This document shows positions 51,553-64,000 of a DNA stretch of 64,000 nt, in pieces. Source of the DNA: Octopus sinensis (lineage: Eukaryota). The position numbers and the translations under genes are program-made. The stretch covers positions 25,978,001 to 26,042,000 of the forward strand of contig NC_043016.1 of the NCBI RefSeq assembly GCF_006345805.1, in the 5' to 3' direction. Each line of letters opens with the position of its first letter. Position 1 is the stretch's first letter. The notes below the pieces were generated by a model. The model was given only the letters and a program-made list of their open reading frames with translations. It ran no database searches and was not told where the DNA came from.

Positions 51553-51878
51553 GCATATTGCACAGTTGGAGGTCTATAGCTGATGCACGCATGGACAAAT
51601 GAGGGTTAAATGGTGATGATGTTGAGCTATATATATATATATATATATAATTTTGTTATGTGGATTCATTAAAATCAAGGCACATCAACTTGCATGATTC
51701 CAGAAATGGCTAGGTATGATAAAATAGAGCTCACAGCGAAATAAACAACATTGAAAATACCAAGTATTGGTTGGATAACATAGATATGCAAATACCAAAT
51801 CCAATTTAAACCATAAGTCTTACTTAGTGGTGGGTCCTTCGTGTGACATACATATAAAAAGTAAACGCAAATAGTGCT

Positions 51879-51969
51879 TAAAATTTATGACAGACAGCTG
51901 TTTCAGTAGAATTGTATTTATTTAATGCAGTCATAATATACTATCTACCATCATCAGGCAAAATTTTAA
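51879..51969 (-). ncRNA. Type-I hammerhead ribozyme motif with long stem II
   Basis: ttaaaattttgc CTGATGA tggtagatagtat...atacaattctact GAAA CAGCTG TC tgtcataaattttaa. Confidence 0.6.
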
Positions 51970-53439
51970 ACTGGTAAAATTTTAAGCATCAACCCAGACA
52001 TAGCTTCCATTATATATATGGAGAGAGACAGACAGACTGAGAGATGTATAATACAATCACTTGTAATGTGAACTCAAAATATAAGCTCCTTGAATAGTGA
52101 ATTACATATATATAATGTAACACAATGAAACAATTCATAATAGATGTTGGAGATTGTATTATTTTATACCACAAGAAACTGTATAATACTTGTGGTTGAG
52201 TACTTTCATAACAATTACACATAATATTATTACTTTATACAGGAAGCTTGTTTGAATTAGTTCACTTTGAAAAAACTGTAAGTGATGGGCTTTTGGTGAA
52301 ATTGCAGCACTAGGATGCATAATTGCATACAAAGCAATGTGCAGTTGCTGCAGTAGAAACATATGTTGGTCATTGTTATATGTGGTGTAGAAAACTTTTT
52401 AATAAAAGTAAATTTGGATGTGAATAAATCTCCACTCTCCTCTTGGTTTTCAATTATACACACACACACATACATGCACACACACACACACACACACATG
52501 CACACACACACACACACACAAGCATCCTTTTATCATTTTACAGTTGTAAGGAGATACTTAATGTAATCTTGAATACTTTTTTCCCCCCTTTTATTTCTAA
52601 ATTCAAATGTGTGTGTGTGCGTGTGTGTGTATGTATATTGTTTATTTTTACTTGTTTCCATCATTGGACTTTGGCCATACTGGGGTATCATCATCCTGAA
52701 GGATTTTTATTAATTGGTTTCTTTTGCCAAATTGTTAAATTACTTAGACATAAACAAACCAACACCAGTTGTTAAGCAGTGTGGGCAGACACACACACAC
52801 AATGGGCCCCCACACAGTTTTGTGTACTGAATTCACTTAGAAGGCATTGGTCAGCCTGGGGCTATAGTAGAAGACAGTTTTCCAATGTGGTTAATAGATA
52901 ATATATAAATACACACACACACACACATACATAGATGTATGTGTGTGTGTGTATATGGCCGTTTACAGTTGTTTATAAAGTATTATATCATATAATCAGT
53001 TTTCATCTGTTTTGCCTTTGGGTAGCAAAAAGGAAACAAATGAACAAAAAGAAAAAAAAAGTAGCAGTACCTGAACTGGGATGGATAGATATTATAAATA
53101 GTGTTCTGTTCTAAAAATACTGCTGTTAGATTTAGATGTGTAAAGAAATAGCGAGAGGTGGAGCGGTATATGTTATGTGGGTGAATATTATTTCTTTATT
53201 TTTATTTTTTTATTTTAAGGTTAGCAGTAAAGTAGAATCCTCTATAAACATCTGTTAGGGCTGAGATTAGAAGCTATTTGAAGCAAGTAAAATGGCATGA
53301 CATGTCTTCATCTTATTCTGCTGCTGTTTCCAGAGACTGTATCTTGAGAGAAAACCATACAATTCAGCCACCCATTTTTTTTTTAATGTCTCACATTTCA
53401 CATTTGCCCTCAGCTAATCGACCCTGCTTTACTAATTAA

Positions 53440-53925
53440 ACCAAAACCGTAGCTGTGGCCAGTGTCTCCTGACTGGCTCCCATGCCAGTGGCATGTAAAA
53501 AATACAATCCGAATGTGGTCGATGCCAGGTCTGCCTGAGTGGCTCCTGTGCTGGCAGTATGTAAAAAGCACCATCTGAACGTGGCCGATGCCAGTACCCT
53601 CTGACTGGCTCTTGTGCCAGTGGTATGTAAAAAGCACCAACTGAATGTGGTTGATGCCAGTAGCCCCTGACTGGCCCCCGTGCTGGTGGCACGTAAAAAG
53701 CACTATCTGAATTTGATCGATGCCAGGTCCATCTGACTGGCTCCTGTGCCAGTGGCATGTAAAAAGCACTCACTACACTCTCATAGTGGTTGGCGTTAGG
53801 AATTGCATCCAGCTGTAGAAACATCTAGATCAGATTGGAGCCTGGTGCAGCCACTGGCTCTCCAGACCTCAGTCAAATTGTTCAACCCATTCCAGCATGG
53901 AAAATGGACGTTAAACAAAGATGAT
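53440..53925 (+). mobile_element. RTE LINE 3' fragment with a 66-bp tandem array
   Basis: The gtaaaaa motif recurs at 53495, 53561, 53627, 53693 and 53759, followed by the RTE terminus. Confidence 0.88.
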
Positions 53926-55812
53926 GCTCTTCTAATCAATCATCTTCTTCTAACCAACCCACATTGTTGATGGTTACAATGGGCTTGCACACAGTTTCTA
54001 GTTTATGTCTACCAAATTCTCTAATAAAGCATTGCTTGGCTCTGGCTATATAGTAGAAGCACTTGCCCAAGGTGCTGCACCGTGGGACTGAACCAAAAGC
54101 CTTGTGGTTTGCAAAGTGAGTTTCTTAACCACATGCATGCATGTGTGTATATACATGCATGCATAACTCCTTGTATTGACATTGCACAATAGTTGTGAAC
54201 AAACGTGACTGTCATACAACCAGTCACATTTGTTTCCAATCACCTGTGAAAGGCATGTCCAGTCATGGGGAAATATTATCTGGCTTGGAAATAAGTGAAG
54301 GTTGGTGACAGGAAGAGCATCTAGTTGTAGAAAACCTCCCTCAACTGATTCCATCTGACCCATGCAAGCATGGAAAAGTGGATGTTAGAACAACAATGAG
54401 GATGATGGAAACTACACTGACCCCAAATTCTTTAACCCTTTAGCATTCTGTCAAATGTAATGCTTATTTATTCACATTGTTTTCAATTAATCATTCATCA
54501 TCCCAGACCTTTGAGATTTTTATGGAGTAACTGCAGATTTTTTAGAATGATATTATAAAGTTGATGGGGTTGGGGTAGATGTGGCTAGTCTGAACATAAA
54601 ACAAGTAAAATCTTTTGGCTGGATATGGCTGGTTTAAATATTAAAAGGGTCAAATTATCTCCAGTTGCAAGGCAGTCAAATAACCTGGATTAAATCTTAA
54701 ACTCCAACACCATATCCAGTATTGTAGCTTTTATGTAAATATTTGTGAAATGTGAAGTGTTTGTTCTCTTGAAATGAATGAAAATTCGTATTCAGCGGAA
54801 ATAACTTCCTGTTTTACCAAAAGATTTTTACTGAAATATTACAAAAATTCCTTCTGTAATATCTTCTCTTTGTTTTTTTATATATATATATATATATTCC
54901 TTCAATTTCTTATGACACACCTATTAAATATGTCTATCCTCTCTCTTTCTTCTCACACACACACATAAACATAGAAATATCTCTCCTTTTCTCTCTTGTG
55001 TTTCTTTTTGCATCAGTCTCTCGTGTGTGTGTGTGTGTGTGTGTGTGCATATGTATGAATGTGTGTGCTTGTGTATACATGTTTGTGAAGAAGTAAAAAT
55101 AATAAAGACAAGATAAAACAAGTTCACAATAGAAATTATTATTAGTTTGATGCTCTGAGAAATTGAAAGAGTAAATTGTTATAATGTGTAGATAGATAGA
55201 TAGACAGACAGACACATGTGCGCACAAGGTATGTATATCAGATAAAAAGGAGTTAAAAATCTGAGGTAGATCTTCAGTCAGTACTCATGTGAATACCAGC
55301 TAACAGGGGGTATATCTGTAGATGGTTTATCTTAAAAGAAGAAAAATATCTGTACAAACTGAAAATCCAGGTCAAGTAAATTGCTTGCAGAGTATAATAC
55401 ATTTAGTCAAAGATTGGAATTTATGGTATGGTGTTTAATATTACTATTGAAACTAAAGGCAGAATCATTACTGTGCCTGGTAAAATGTTCGGTGGCATTT
55501 TGTTCATCTCTATGTTTTCAGTTCAAATTCTGCCAAGGTTGACTTTACCTTTTATCCTCACAGGGTCGATAAAATAAGTACTAGTTAGTCACTGGAAACT
55601 TAGTCCCTCCCCTCAAATTGCTGGCCTTGTGCCAAAATTTGAAACCAGTATCATTTTTGATACTTTGTTTGAAAAAATGTGGTTGGTTTACATTAATGGT
55701 ATATTATAATATTATCAGTTCATTTATATTCATATTAACTTTATGTGTATTGGGATTAAAGTATTTAATGCAGTACCATAAATTTCACTCCTAATATATC
55801 TGTGTGTATATG

Positions 55813-55849
<37 letters not shown>

Positions 55850-56203
55850 GTGTATGTGTGTTTATATATGTATGTATATATATGTGTGTGTGTGTATGGA
55901 ATCCATATTACTCATCAAGTTTATATAAAAAGAATAGAGAAAATGGACTGAACAACATTCTTTATTCCAAACACTACAATTGTTTCTACACCTGTTGTTC
56001 ATTAATGAGATGGATATGATTAACATATTGCTTAATCACTATTGTTCAACAAAGGTGTGAAATATGTTTCTTCAGATGATTATTTTGAATAAGTTCTTCA
56101 GTAAATTATACTGTCATTTCATTCAAAAGAAACCAAGCCCAGTTCACCAGCTGATGATCAGAAACAAGCAACTCGAGTACTGGAAATCAGAGCCTTACGG
56201 TTA

Positions 56204-56250
<47 letters not shown>

Positions 56251-57760
56251 TGTCTGTGTGTGTGTATGTGTCTGTGTGTGTGTGTGTGTATGTGTGTGTG
56301 TATTCACATGTGCATCACCAATTTTCTTGTAATCTTAGTTTCTGTAATTGTGTCGGGTTATCTGCTTTGCCAGATTAACAGAAATAACCTGTTAATGATT
56401 CCAAATAAATTCTTAAAAGACTACTACCATTAATAATATATTAATATGATATTAATAACTGTTTGACTCCTAAACCTTCATGGCACACCAATGTTTATTC
56501 ACTAGAAACAAGTTATAAATTTAGAAACATTCTTAAAGTCTTTCAACTAAAAGAAGGTGCAAAAATTTAAAACTGAATATATTGTCACATGCTAATCTCC
56601 TAACCTCTGGACCCACCTTTGGGGACAACTCTTAAAAAGAAATAACTCTAAAAAATATATATTTACTTTTTCATCATTCATACTTGCGAATTATATTCTC
56701 TGCAGTGAAGATAAGTTTCACATTAACATGTTTTTCACTGTTACATTTTGAGAGAAGGTTCTTAGGGGATTAGTGCATTTAGTTTTATGCATTTTTACTT
56801 TCATATTATTATAGTTACATAGTGTTCACATACACACATATGTATAACAGGCTTCTTTCAGTTTTCACAAACCAAATCTGTTAATAAGTCTTTGATTAGT
56901 CCAGAGCTATATTAGAAGACACTTGCTTAAAGTGCCATGCTTAGAGTTCAGTGAGACTGAACTCAAAATCACATGGCTGGAAGTGATTTCTTAACCATTC
57001 TGCTGCTGCGTGTGTGTGAAAGTACATTGATATCATTGGCAAAGATACATAACATGAAATTAAGGGCTGAGCACAGCTAATGGGGAGTGAGGTGGGGAAC
57101 AGAGGTTGTTGATGTGATCTGGTGAAATGTATTTTGGTTGTAACAACTCAAGGAAGACAAATGGTTAGAACAGTTCTTCCATGTTTGTAGTTTATTCAGT
57201 TTCAGCATTGTCTCTGATCAAGCAAGCCATTAAGACAAATGCAGCTCCAAAATATTTTGGCTTACTTTTTAGAAATTCATATGTAATATGATGAGGCATC
57301 TATGTATATAGGTTTCTCTAAATGAACAAATTGTGTAATAAAAAGATTTTCAGAAGAAAATTAACTTCGCATAATAAGCTGAAATCCGATCAATGTAGCG
57401 CAGACTACACATATGTACAAGTGACTGGGAGACCATTCACTTAGCGAGTTGAAATTTGAACAACAAACCATGAGTAGACTAAGCACATGCATCATAAGTG
57501 CTAGGAGAGCATCTGTAAATGGTATGCTAAATGAATGGTGTAGCAGACAATTTTCCTGAAGAAAGTTATATTCAGCCAATGAACTGAAATTTGAACAACA
57601 AATTACAAATAGATTATACATTTAAGTGACTAAGAGAACATGTACAGATGATTGTTTATGTCCATGTTTGCGCTTCATGGTTGCAAATTTCATTGGTTGT
57701 ATAGAAAATATCAATATTTCTCACAATCTTTTGCTAAAAACATAACCATGGATTGACAAA

Positions 57761-58040
57761 AGCGGACTCGCGGTCGGAGGATCACGGTTTTGATTCCCAG
57801 ACCGGGCGTTTTGTGTGTTTATTGAGCGAAAACGCCTAAAGCTCCACAAGGCTCCTGTTGGGGGTGGTGGCAACCCCTGTTGTACTCTTTTGCCCCAACT
57901 TTCTCTTACTCTTTCTTCCTGTTTGTTGAGTAACGCTGCAATGGACTGGCGTCCCGTCCTTCTGGGGGGAACACATATGCCACAGAAATCGGGCCCATGA
58001 GCCTGGCTAAGCTTGAAAAGGGCGCATAAATAAAAAAAAA
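57761..58040 (+). mobile_element. Family-C-related SINE with a V-domain-like body
   Basis: gcggactcgcggtc...gattcccagaccgggcg; gctgcaatggactggcgtcccgtcc. Confidence 0.75.
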
Positions 58041-58306
58041 TAATAAATACTCACACATATCTATATATTTATGTATTCATAATTGATGGATGGAGAAATA
58101 AAACATCATGTCATGCTTTGTATAAGGAGTTTAGGTGTGGCTTAGAACAAATTACCCCAATTTATATGTATTTCAATTATTCATATAACGACCTATTGAG
58201 TTAACAAACAGTGTTCCAGAATGAATTGTATTTGTATATTTATTTGATAACTTCCTGTGATTAAATTTGTGTGATAACATATGATTTTTTTTTTCTTTCC
58301 CTCTAG

Positions 58307-58472
58307 AGATGACCATCGATTTAGTCTTTTGCATTGGGCTGCAAAGGAGGGCCGCCTCAATATTGTGGATATGCTGATTGCACGAGGAGCACGTATCAAT
58401 GCCACAAACATGGGTGATGATACTGCTCTACATCTTGCTTGTAGTCATGGGCAAAAAGAAATTGCTATGAGG
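58307..58472 (+). CDS. ILK: Integrin-linked kinase, coding exon 2 (ankyrin repeats)
   Basis: Acceptor ttttctttccctctAG. GG|A completes Gly, then [55 protein letters not shown]; donor AGG|GTAAAT. 166 nt, in frame with exon 1. Confidence 0.96.
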
Positions 58473-58483
58473 GTAAATACATA

Positions 58484-58890
58484 CTCTTTTTTCTCTCTTT
58501 TTACTTGTTTCAGTCATTTGACTGCAGCCATGCTGGAGCACCGCTTTTAGTCGAGCAAATTGACACCAGGGCTTATTCTTTGTAAGCCTAGTACTTATTC
58601 TATTGGTCTCTTTTGCTGAATCGCTAAGTTACAGGGACGTGAACACACCAGTTGTCAAGCGGTGTTGGGGGGACAAACACAGGTATACAAATGTATACAC
58701 ACACACATACATATATATACATATATATGACGGGCTTCTTTCAGTTTCCGTTACCAAATCCACTCACAAGGCTTTGGTCGGCCCGAGGCTATAGTAGAAG
58801 ACACTTGCCCAAGGTGCCACGCAGTGGGACTGAACCTGGAACCATGTGGTTGGTAAGCAAGCTACTTACCACACAGCCACTCCTATGCCT
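58484..58890 (-). mobile_element. Family-A SINE starting 11 nt into ILK intron 2
   Basis: Full-length match to 44965-45383. Confidence 0.92.
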
Positions 58891-59468
58891 ACATCTTTTT
58901 CTTTTTTTAATATTTTACTATTGTGAGCATTACTTGAAAATTTTCAATAAATTTGTATTAATGACCAAATAGATATGTTGTTAACTGACCTCTATAAATG
59001 CGTTAGTATTCTCATCCCTGATGTTGTACTTTGAGCCAAGGCATTCACAACATGGTTAATATGTGAGCTGTTGGTTGCAAGATCATAAATTCAAACAATA
59101 AACATATTGTGTCCTTACTTAGAAACAGTACCCCACTTTCTGTAGTTGAACTGACTGATAAAGATATACATCTCGGTCAAGTAAAAGGATAAAGGGTAAA
59201 GATCCCCTTCGGTCATGAATGACCATGGGATTGCTCTAGAAAGTTCCCCTCGGAAGCACAAGTTCAGACAAGGTTGTTTTTTATGGAAGACCAGCAGTTG
59301 CCCATTCATATCAGCCTCTCCTCTCCAAGCCACTGATGTTATCCAAGAGAAAGGCAAAGGCCGCTACAGCTTGTCACCAGTGATGTCACAACTCATTTCT
59401 ACAGCTGAGTGAACTGTAGCAACGTGAAATAAACACACAGCCCAGTCTAAGAATTGAACTCAATACCT

Positions 59469-59703
59469 ATTTCTTTACTACCCACAAGGGGCTAAACACA
59501 GAGGGGACAAACAAGGACAGACATAGGTATTAAGTCGATTACATCGACCCCAGTGCGTAACTGGTACTTAATTTATTGACCCCGAAAGGATGAAAGGCAA
59601 AGTCAACCTCGGCGGAATTCGAACTCACAACGTAACGCAGACGAAATACCGCTAAGCATTTCGCCCGGCATGCTAACGTTTCTGCTAGCTCGCCGCCTTG
59701 CAT
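59469..59703 (-). mobile_element. Young family-B SINE nested in a family-D SINE (59180-59770)
   Basis: Perfect 17-bp TSD aattgaactcaatacct at 59452-59468 and 59704-59720. Confidence 0.92.
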
Positions 59704-60899
59704 AATTGAACTCAATACCTCATGATTGAAGTATTGAAGTGCATGGCTCAGTAGTTAGGGTGTCGAGTTCAGTCAAATAATAGAAGGTTTATTCTGGGAA
59801 AAGTATCCAGCTAGAGGAAAAAGTTTGTGTGTGGTGTGGTGGATATTCTAAAACATTTAAAATTCAAAAATTATTTTTTCAACATATAGAATATTATGGT
59901 TGAAATGATAATAAGGACCAGAATTACTGAGTCCATTAACAACAGGAGATAATTATGTAATAGCTGGTCCTGTGCTGACAAAAATGATGGCTTATAGTAG
60001 TATTTTATATATAAAAAGGGTACAAAAAGGTGAAAAAAAAATCAAACAGTACTTCAACTCTGTGTGAGTGTGTGTGTATACATTTATATGTGTGAGTAGC
60101 ACAGTCTGTTGCAAATACAGTTTTCTATACTTTTACACAGCTTGCTTTCTTCCTATTTAAGTGTGTCTGTTTATATATATATGTATGTATGTATGTGTAA
60201 ATGTGCATGTGTCTGTAATTCTATTTTCTATTTATCTTTCTAAATAAACATACACAAACACATATACTCACTCAAATACACGTACACTCACTCATATATA
60301 AATATATTTTACACAAACACACACACACACACACATTCTCATTCCTCCCTTTTAAACACACACACACACACACACACACATATACTCACACAAAGCTTAA
60401 GTGCTGTTTGATTTTTGTTTCACTGCTGACTTTTCACCATCCCACTTCTGTTGGTGGATCTCACCCCTTCTTTTCTCATTCATATGTTGTGATGGAGAAA
60501 TACACAAGAGTGTTATTATAGTAGATTATTATCGTAGAAGATACATAGTGCTCTCTTTGCCACTTCCTCCCTCTCATTACTGTTACTTTCTCTCACTCCC
60601 TCTCGGTCATGGCTACCACTCACACTACTTTTCCTTCACTGAATTACTATTTTCTCTCTTTCTCCTTCACCATTCACTCCTATGTGTGATTTTGGACAAA
60701 TATATATATATATATATACAAATATATAAAAACACTACGCTTGTCATTAGGAGATTGAGATTAAGGAGGTAAAATGGCTTTGTGATAAATGTAGTGGATT
60801 ACTGACCATTGTAGTAGGTCTGATCCTAAGTAGCCATTGTGATTTTGTCTCTGATCAACTGACTTCTTTGGTTCCACTTTGTCTGTATGTATGTATATG

Positions 60900-61450
60900 T
60901 TTGTATATGTGTATATGCATATGTTCCAGCTTGCATCAGGAAATCCATATATGAAACCATCTATCTTAGTTGAAGTAATAGTATTGCAAGTGGTTGGCAA
61001 GTTTGTCTATCTGGGCAGCACATTCAGCCATTCTCACTCCCCAGAAGGTGAAATATCTTTAAGGCTTCAGAAAGTAACCAATTCCTTCAGGGTTCTTGAA
61101 TCTTGTGTCTATTCCCAATAAATCATCACTATGTACTATATATGTGTGCTGATGTTGTTTCTTTGCCCATGTGAGATATGAACCCTTTATAAGCATTACA
61201 TAAAGGTCCTTGAATGCTTTCATCAGAGATGCTTTCATCAGACATACATTCTGAATGTTGGCTGGTCCTTGCAGATTCCAGGTACAGAGGCCTTGAGAGG
61301 AGCTAACATCCATTCTGAGTATTGAGGTGATGGTATGTGCACTGTATACACTGACTGGTCACCTTGATTGGGCTTATGATTGGAGGATCTCTATGCAGAT
61401 GCAGATACATGGCAAACTTGTTTGTGGAAAGTACCCCCCCCCCCCCCCGG
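60900..61450 (+). mobile_element. Old RTE-BovB-like RT C-terminal relic
   Basis: VGKFVYLGSTFS..EISLRLQK; TLYKHYIKVLECFHQRC. Confidence 0.65.
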
Positions 61451-61849
61451 AAGAAACCAAGACTATGATTTAAGAATTGTGTAAAGCACTCATTGATGGA
61501 AAGTGAAATATGGGAGGTCAATTGAGAAGGCAACACATATCATTGTCACCAATGGAAGGAACAAGTAAAAGAAAAAGTGGGTATTTTTGAAGGAAAAAAA
61601 AGCACGCATTTTTCAGGCAGAATTTAAGCAAGCTGCTCAAAAATGCACCACCAGTGTAGTTAATAGAGTAAGCTTGGTCTGCAATATTTGTGGACCTTTA
61701 TGTTTCTCAAGAGTTGGGCTCATTAGTCACAAACAGAGCCACTAGTGTAGAATATGAATTTGTCTGGGTGCACAATGTTCTTAATGGTCAGAGATGGTCT
61801 TCCTCAATCATGAGTGGATAGCCATCATCATATGTGTATGTAAATATAA

Positions 61850-61887
<38 letters not shown>

Positions 61888-61992
61888 GAAAATGGCTTCA
61901 CCAATTACTTCATTACTTGTGATGTATGAATAATTTGACCTCTGACATATAATAGGTAATAGGGTTTTCATTTGGTTTTTTTTTATTAAAAA

Positions 61993-62235
61993 CTAGCAGT
62001 ATCACCCGGCGTTGCTCGGGTTTGTAAGGGAAATGCGGAAAAATGATGGTAATTTTTTTTTTAAATCGTAGACTCATCATAGACGCGCGCTAATACCCAG
62101 AAGAGCTCGATATGAATCACGACTATAAGATACCCGCTTTTGGTTAAACTGAACTGCAAAATGTGGGAGTAGTTAGGAATCTAAATCGGAGTAGACAGAC
62201 ACTCACACACACAACTTCAGTTTTATATATAAAGA
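61993..62235 (-). mobile_element. Non-autonomous Helitron
   Basis: Minus strand: A|TCtttatatataaaactgaa...acccgagcaacgccgggt (hairpin) gatactgCTAG|T. Confidence 0.8.
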
Positions 62236-62817
62236 TAAAAAATATTGCTTTATATTTATGATTCGCTTCTTTAAAAAGGCTTCCCATTGTCAACTTCTGT
62301 ATCAACGTGAAATCGGCGAAGACTCTCAGTCTCTCTATTTTAATGTTCGCTATTTATAAACAACTACGATAAATTATTGAAAGAAATATTTACAAAGTTC
62401 ACGAATTTAAATATTCGGTACAGGATAGTTTTTAACATGCTTTTATTTATTTATTTTTAACATGCTTTTATTTATTTATACGATTTTTTCATTCCATGTT
62501 TATCTCATGGTTTATATATAGTATGTATGTACACACATACATATGTATGTACGTATGTGTGTACGTATGTATGTATGTATGTGTGCGTACGTGTGTGGAT
62601 GTGTATGTATGTATGTATGTATGTATATATATGTATAAGTGTGTGTATGTGTGTATATGCATGCATATATGTTGTATATATGCATATATATTATATGTAA
62701 GTATGCATATATATATATATAATCAATATTAGGGTAGCAAAAAATTTCAATAGAAATTATTTTGCCACCAGCGGTCTAGTGAGAAAGAGGAAATAGTCAG
62801 AGACTATTAATAACTTC

Positions 62818-63071
62818 AACAACAATTGAGGAACGGCTATAATAGGCCGTTCGACCCACTAGAAATAGCAGCCAGGGCTCCAACCGCAAATAGTAGTAAT
62901 TCCGAAATCAGAGGAAAAATTTTTTAAATTAAAAAAATTAAAAAAAATTAAAAAGGTTAATGTTTTTTTAATTTTTCCTCTGATTTCGGAATTACTACTA
63001 TTTGCGGTTGGAGCCCTGGCTGCTATTTCTAGTGGGTCGAACGGTCTATTATAGCTGTTCCTCAATTGTTG

Positions 63072-63073
<2 letters not shown>
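62818..63073. repeat. Inverted repeat with 104-bp arms and a 48-nt AT-rich loop
   Basis: 62818-62921 against 62970-63073 shows 2 differences. Confidence 0.95.
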
Positions 63074-63110
<37 letters not shown>

Positions 63111-63114
63111 TATA

Positions 63115-63330
63115 CAAGGGGGTGCTGAAAAGTTCCTGGCTTTGGGTAAAACAAACTGCAGGAAGAGGTTCAGTTACTTATAATATAATTCAATACATTC
63201 CCCTCTCAGATTCACACATTGCAGCAGACCTTCTGTTTTTCTAAAGCCCTGTAAAAATACTTGGAAAGTTGGGCCTCCAGCCAGGTCTTTTATGATACCC
63301 TGAAAACCAGTAACTTTTCAGCACCCCTCA
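63115..63330. mobile_element. Mariner-type MITE (216 bp); an identical second copy starts at 63859
   Basis: TIRs caagggggtgctgaaaagttcctgg / ccagtaacttttcagcacccctca, with TA on both sides. Confidence 0.9.
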
Positions 63331-64000
63331 TATGTATGTTTAATTAATGAAGCATTATTAGATGAATTATTGCATGATATTTATGGTTAAAATTGAAATT
63401 GCTCAATAGGTCTATGTGTGGCTGTATGGTTAAGAAGTTTACATTGCAACCACTTGAGTTCAGTCTTGCTGCCTGTCACCTTTTACTATAGCCCGGGATG
63501 ACTAAAACTTTGTGAGTGGATTTGGTAGATGAAAACTGAAAGACCTTGTGTGTGTGTGTGTTTGTGGTTGTGTTTCCTTGTTTTAACATTGACAGTACAT
63601 GTCAATGCCAAACAAGCAGTGTCATTCATTTCCAATATTCTTCGAAAGCATGTCTGGCCATGGAAAAGTATTATCTTGCTGGAAATGGGAAAACTAATTG
63701 GTGACTGGTAAGCCATCTGACCATTGAAAATCTGCACCATTAAACTCTGTCTGATTTATGAAAGTATGGAAAAATGGGTGTTTGGTCAATGATGATGATG
63801 TTGCTGATATATGTATACATATATATATATATAATATATATATATATATGTACATATACAAGGGGGTGCTGAAAAGTTCCTGGCTTTGGGTAAAACAAAC
63901 TGCAGGAAGAGGTTCAGTTACTTATAATATAATTCAATACATTCCCCTCTCAGATTCACACATTGCAGCAGACCTTCTGTTTTTCTAAAGCCCTGTAAAA

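Noticed and set aside
53470-53770. CRISPR-like array
   Set aside because: Eukaryotic context; the whole 66-bp unit repeats without unique spacers and belongs to a LINE 3' UTR.
56140-56185. Hammerhead (CTGATGA tca GAAA)
   Set aside because: Only 3 nt lie between the core segments, so stem II cannot form.
58514-58581. Cryptic SINE exon after ILK exon 2
   Set aside because: Its acceptor lies only 41 nt from the exon 2 donor, probably too short for an intron, and 68 nt would frameshift.

Overview
AT-rich, microsatellite-laden eukaryotic DNA whose repeats (tRNA-derived SINEs, RTE LINEs ending in (GAT)n, TTAA MITEs) point to an octopus genome; the species is inferred. Two host genes lie on the + strand. 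MRPS12 (mitochondrial ribosomal protein S12) has coding exons 691-763 and 9183-9547 (145 aa). ILK (integrin-linked kinase) has coding exons 22631-22719 and 58307-58472, separated by a 35.6-kb intron, and continues beyond the window. The rest is layered transposon debris: RTE LINEs, four SINE families, mariner and maT-like transposons and MITEs, piggyBac-type MITEs, Helitrons, a gypsy protease relic and a Penelope-like RT/GIY-YIG relic, plus a 100-N gap. The most notable unexplained structure is at 14.6-17.3 kb: a TSD-flanked array of ~350-bp units, each with a minimal type-I hammerhead ribozyme motif (retrozyme or Penelope pLTR-like). An ORF1-only 'half-LINE' has inserted into it, and that element's 3' tail matches a local SINE family. 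Other unrelated hammerhead motifs, long intronic hairpins and a candidate in-frame SINE-derived ILK exon are also reported. All alignments were done by eye; no searches were run.
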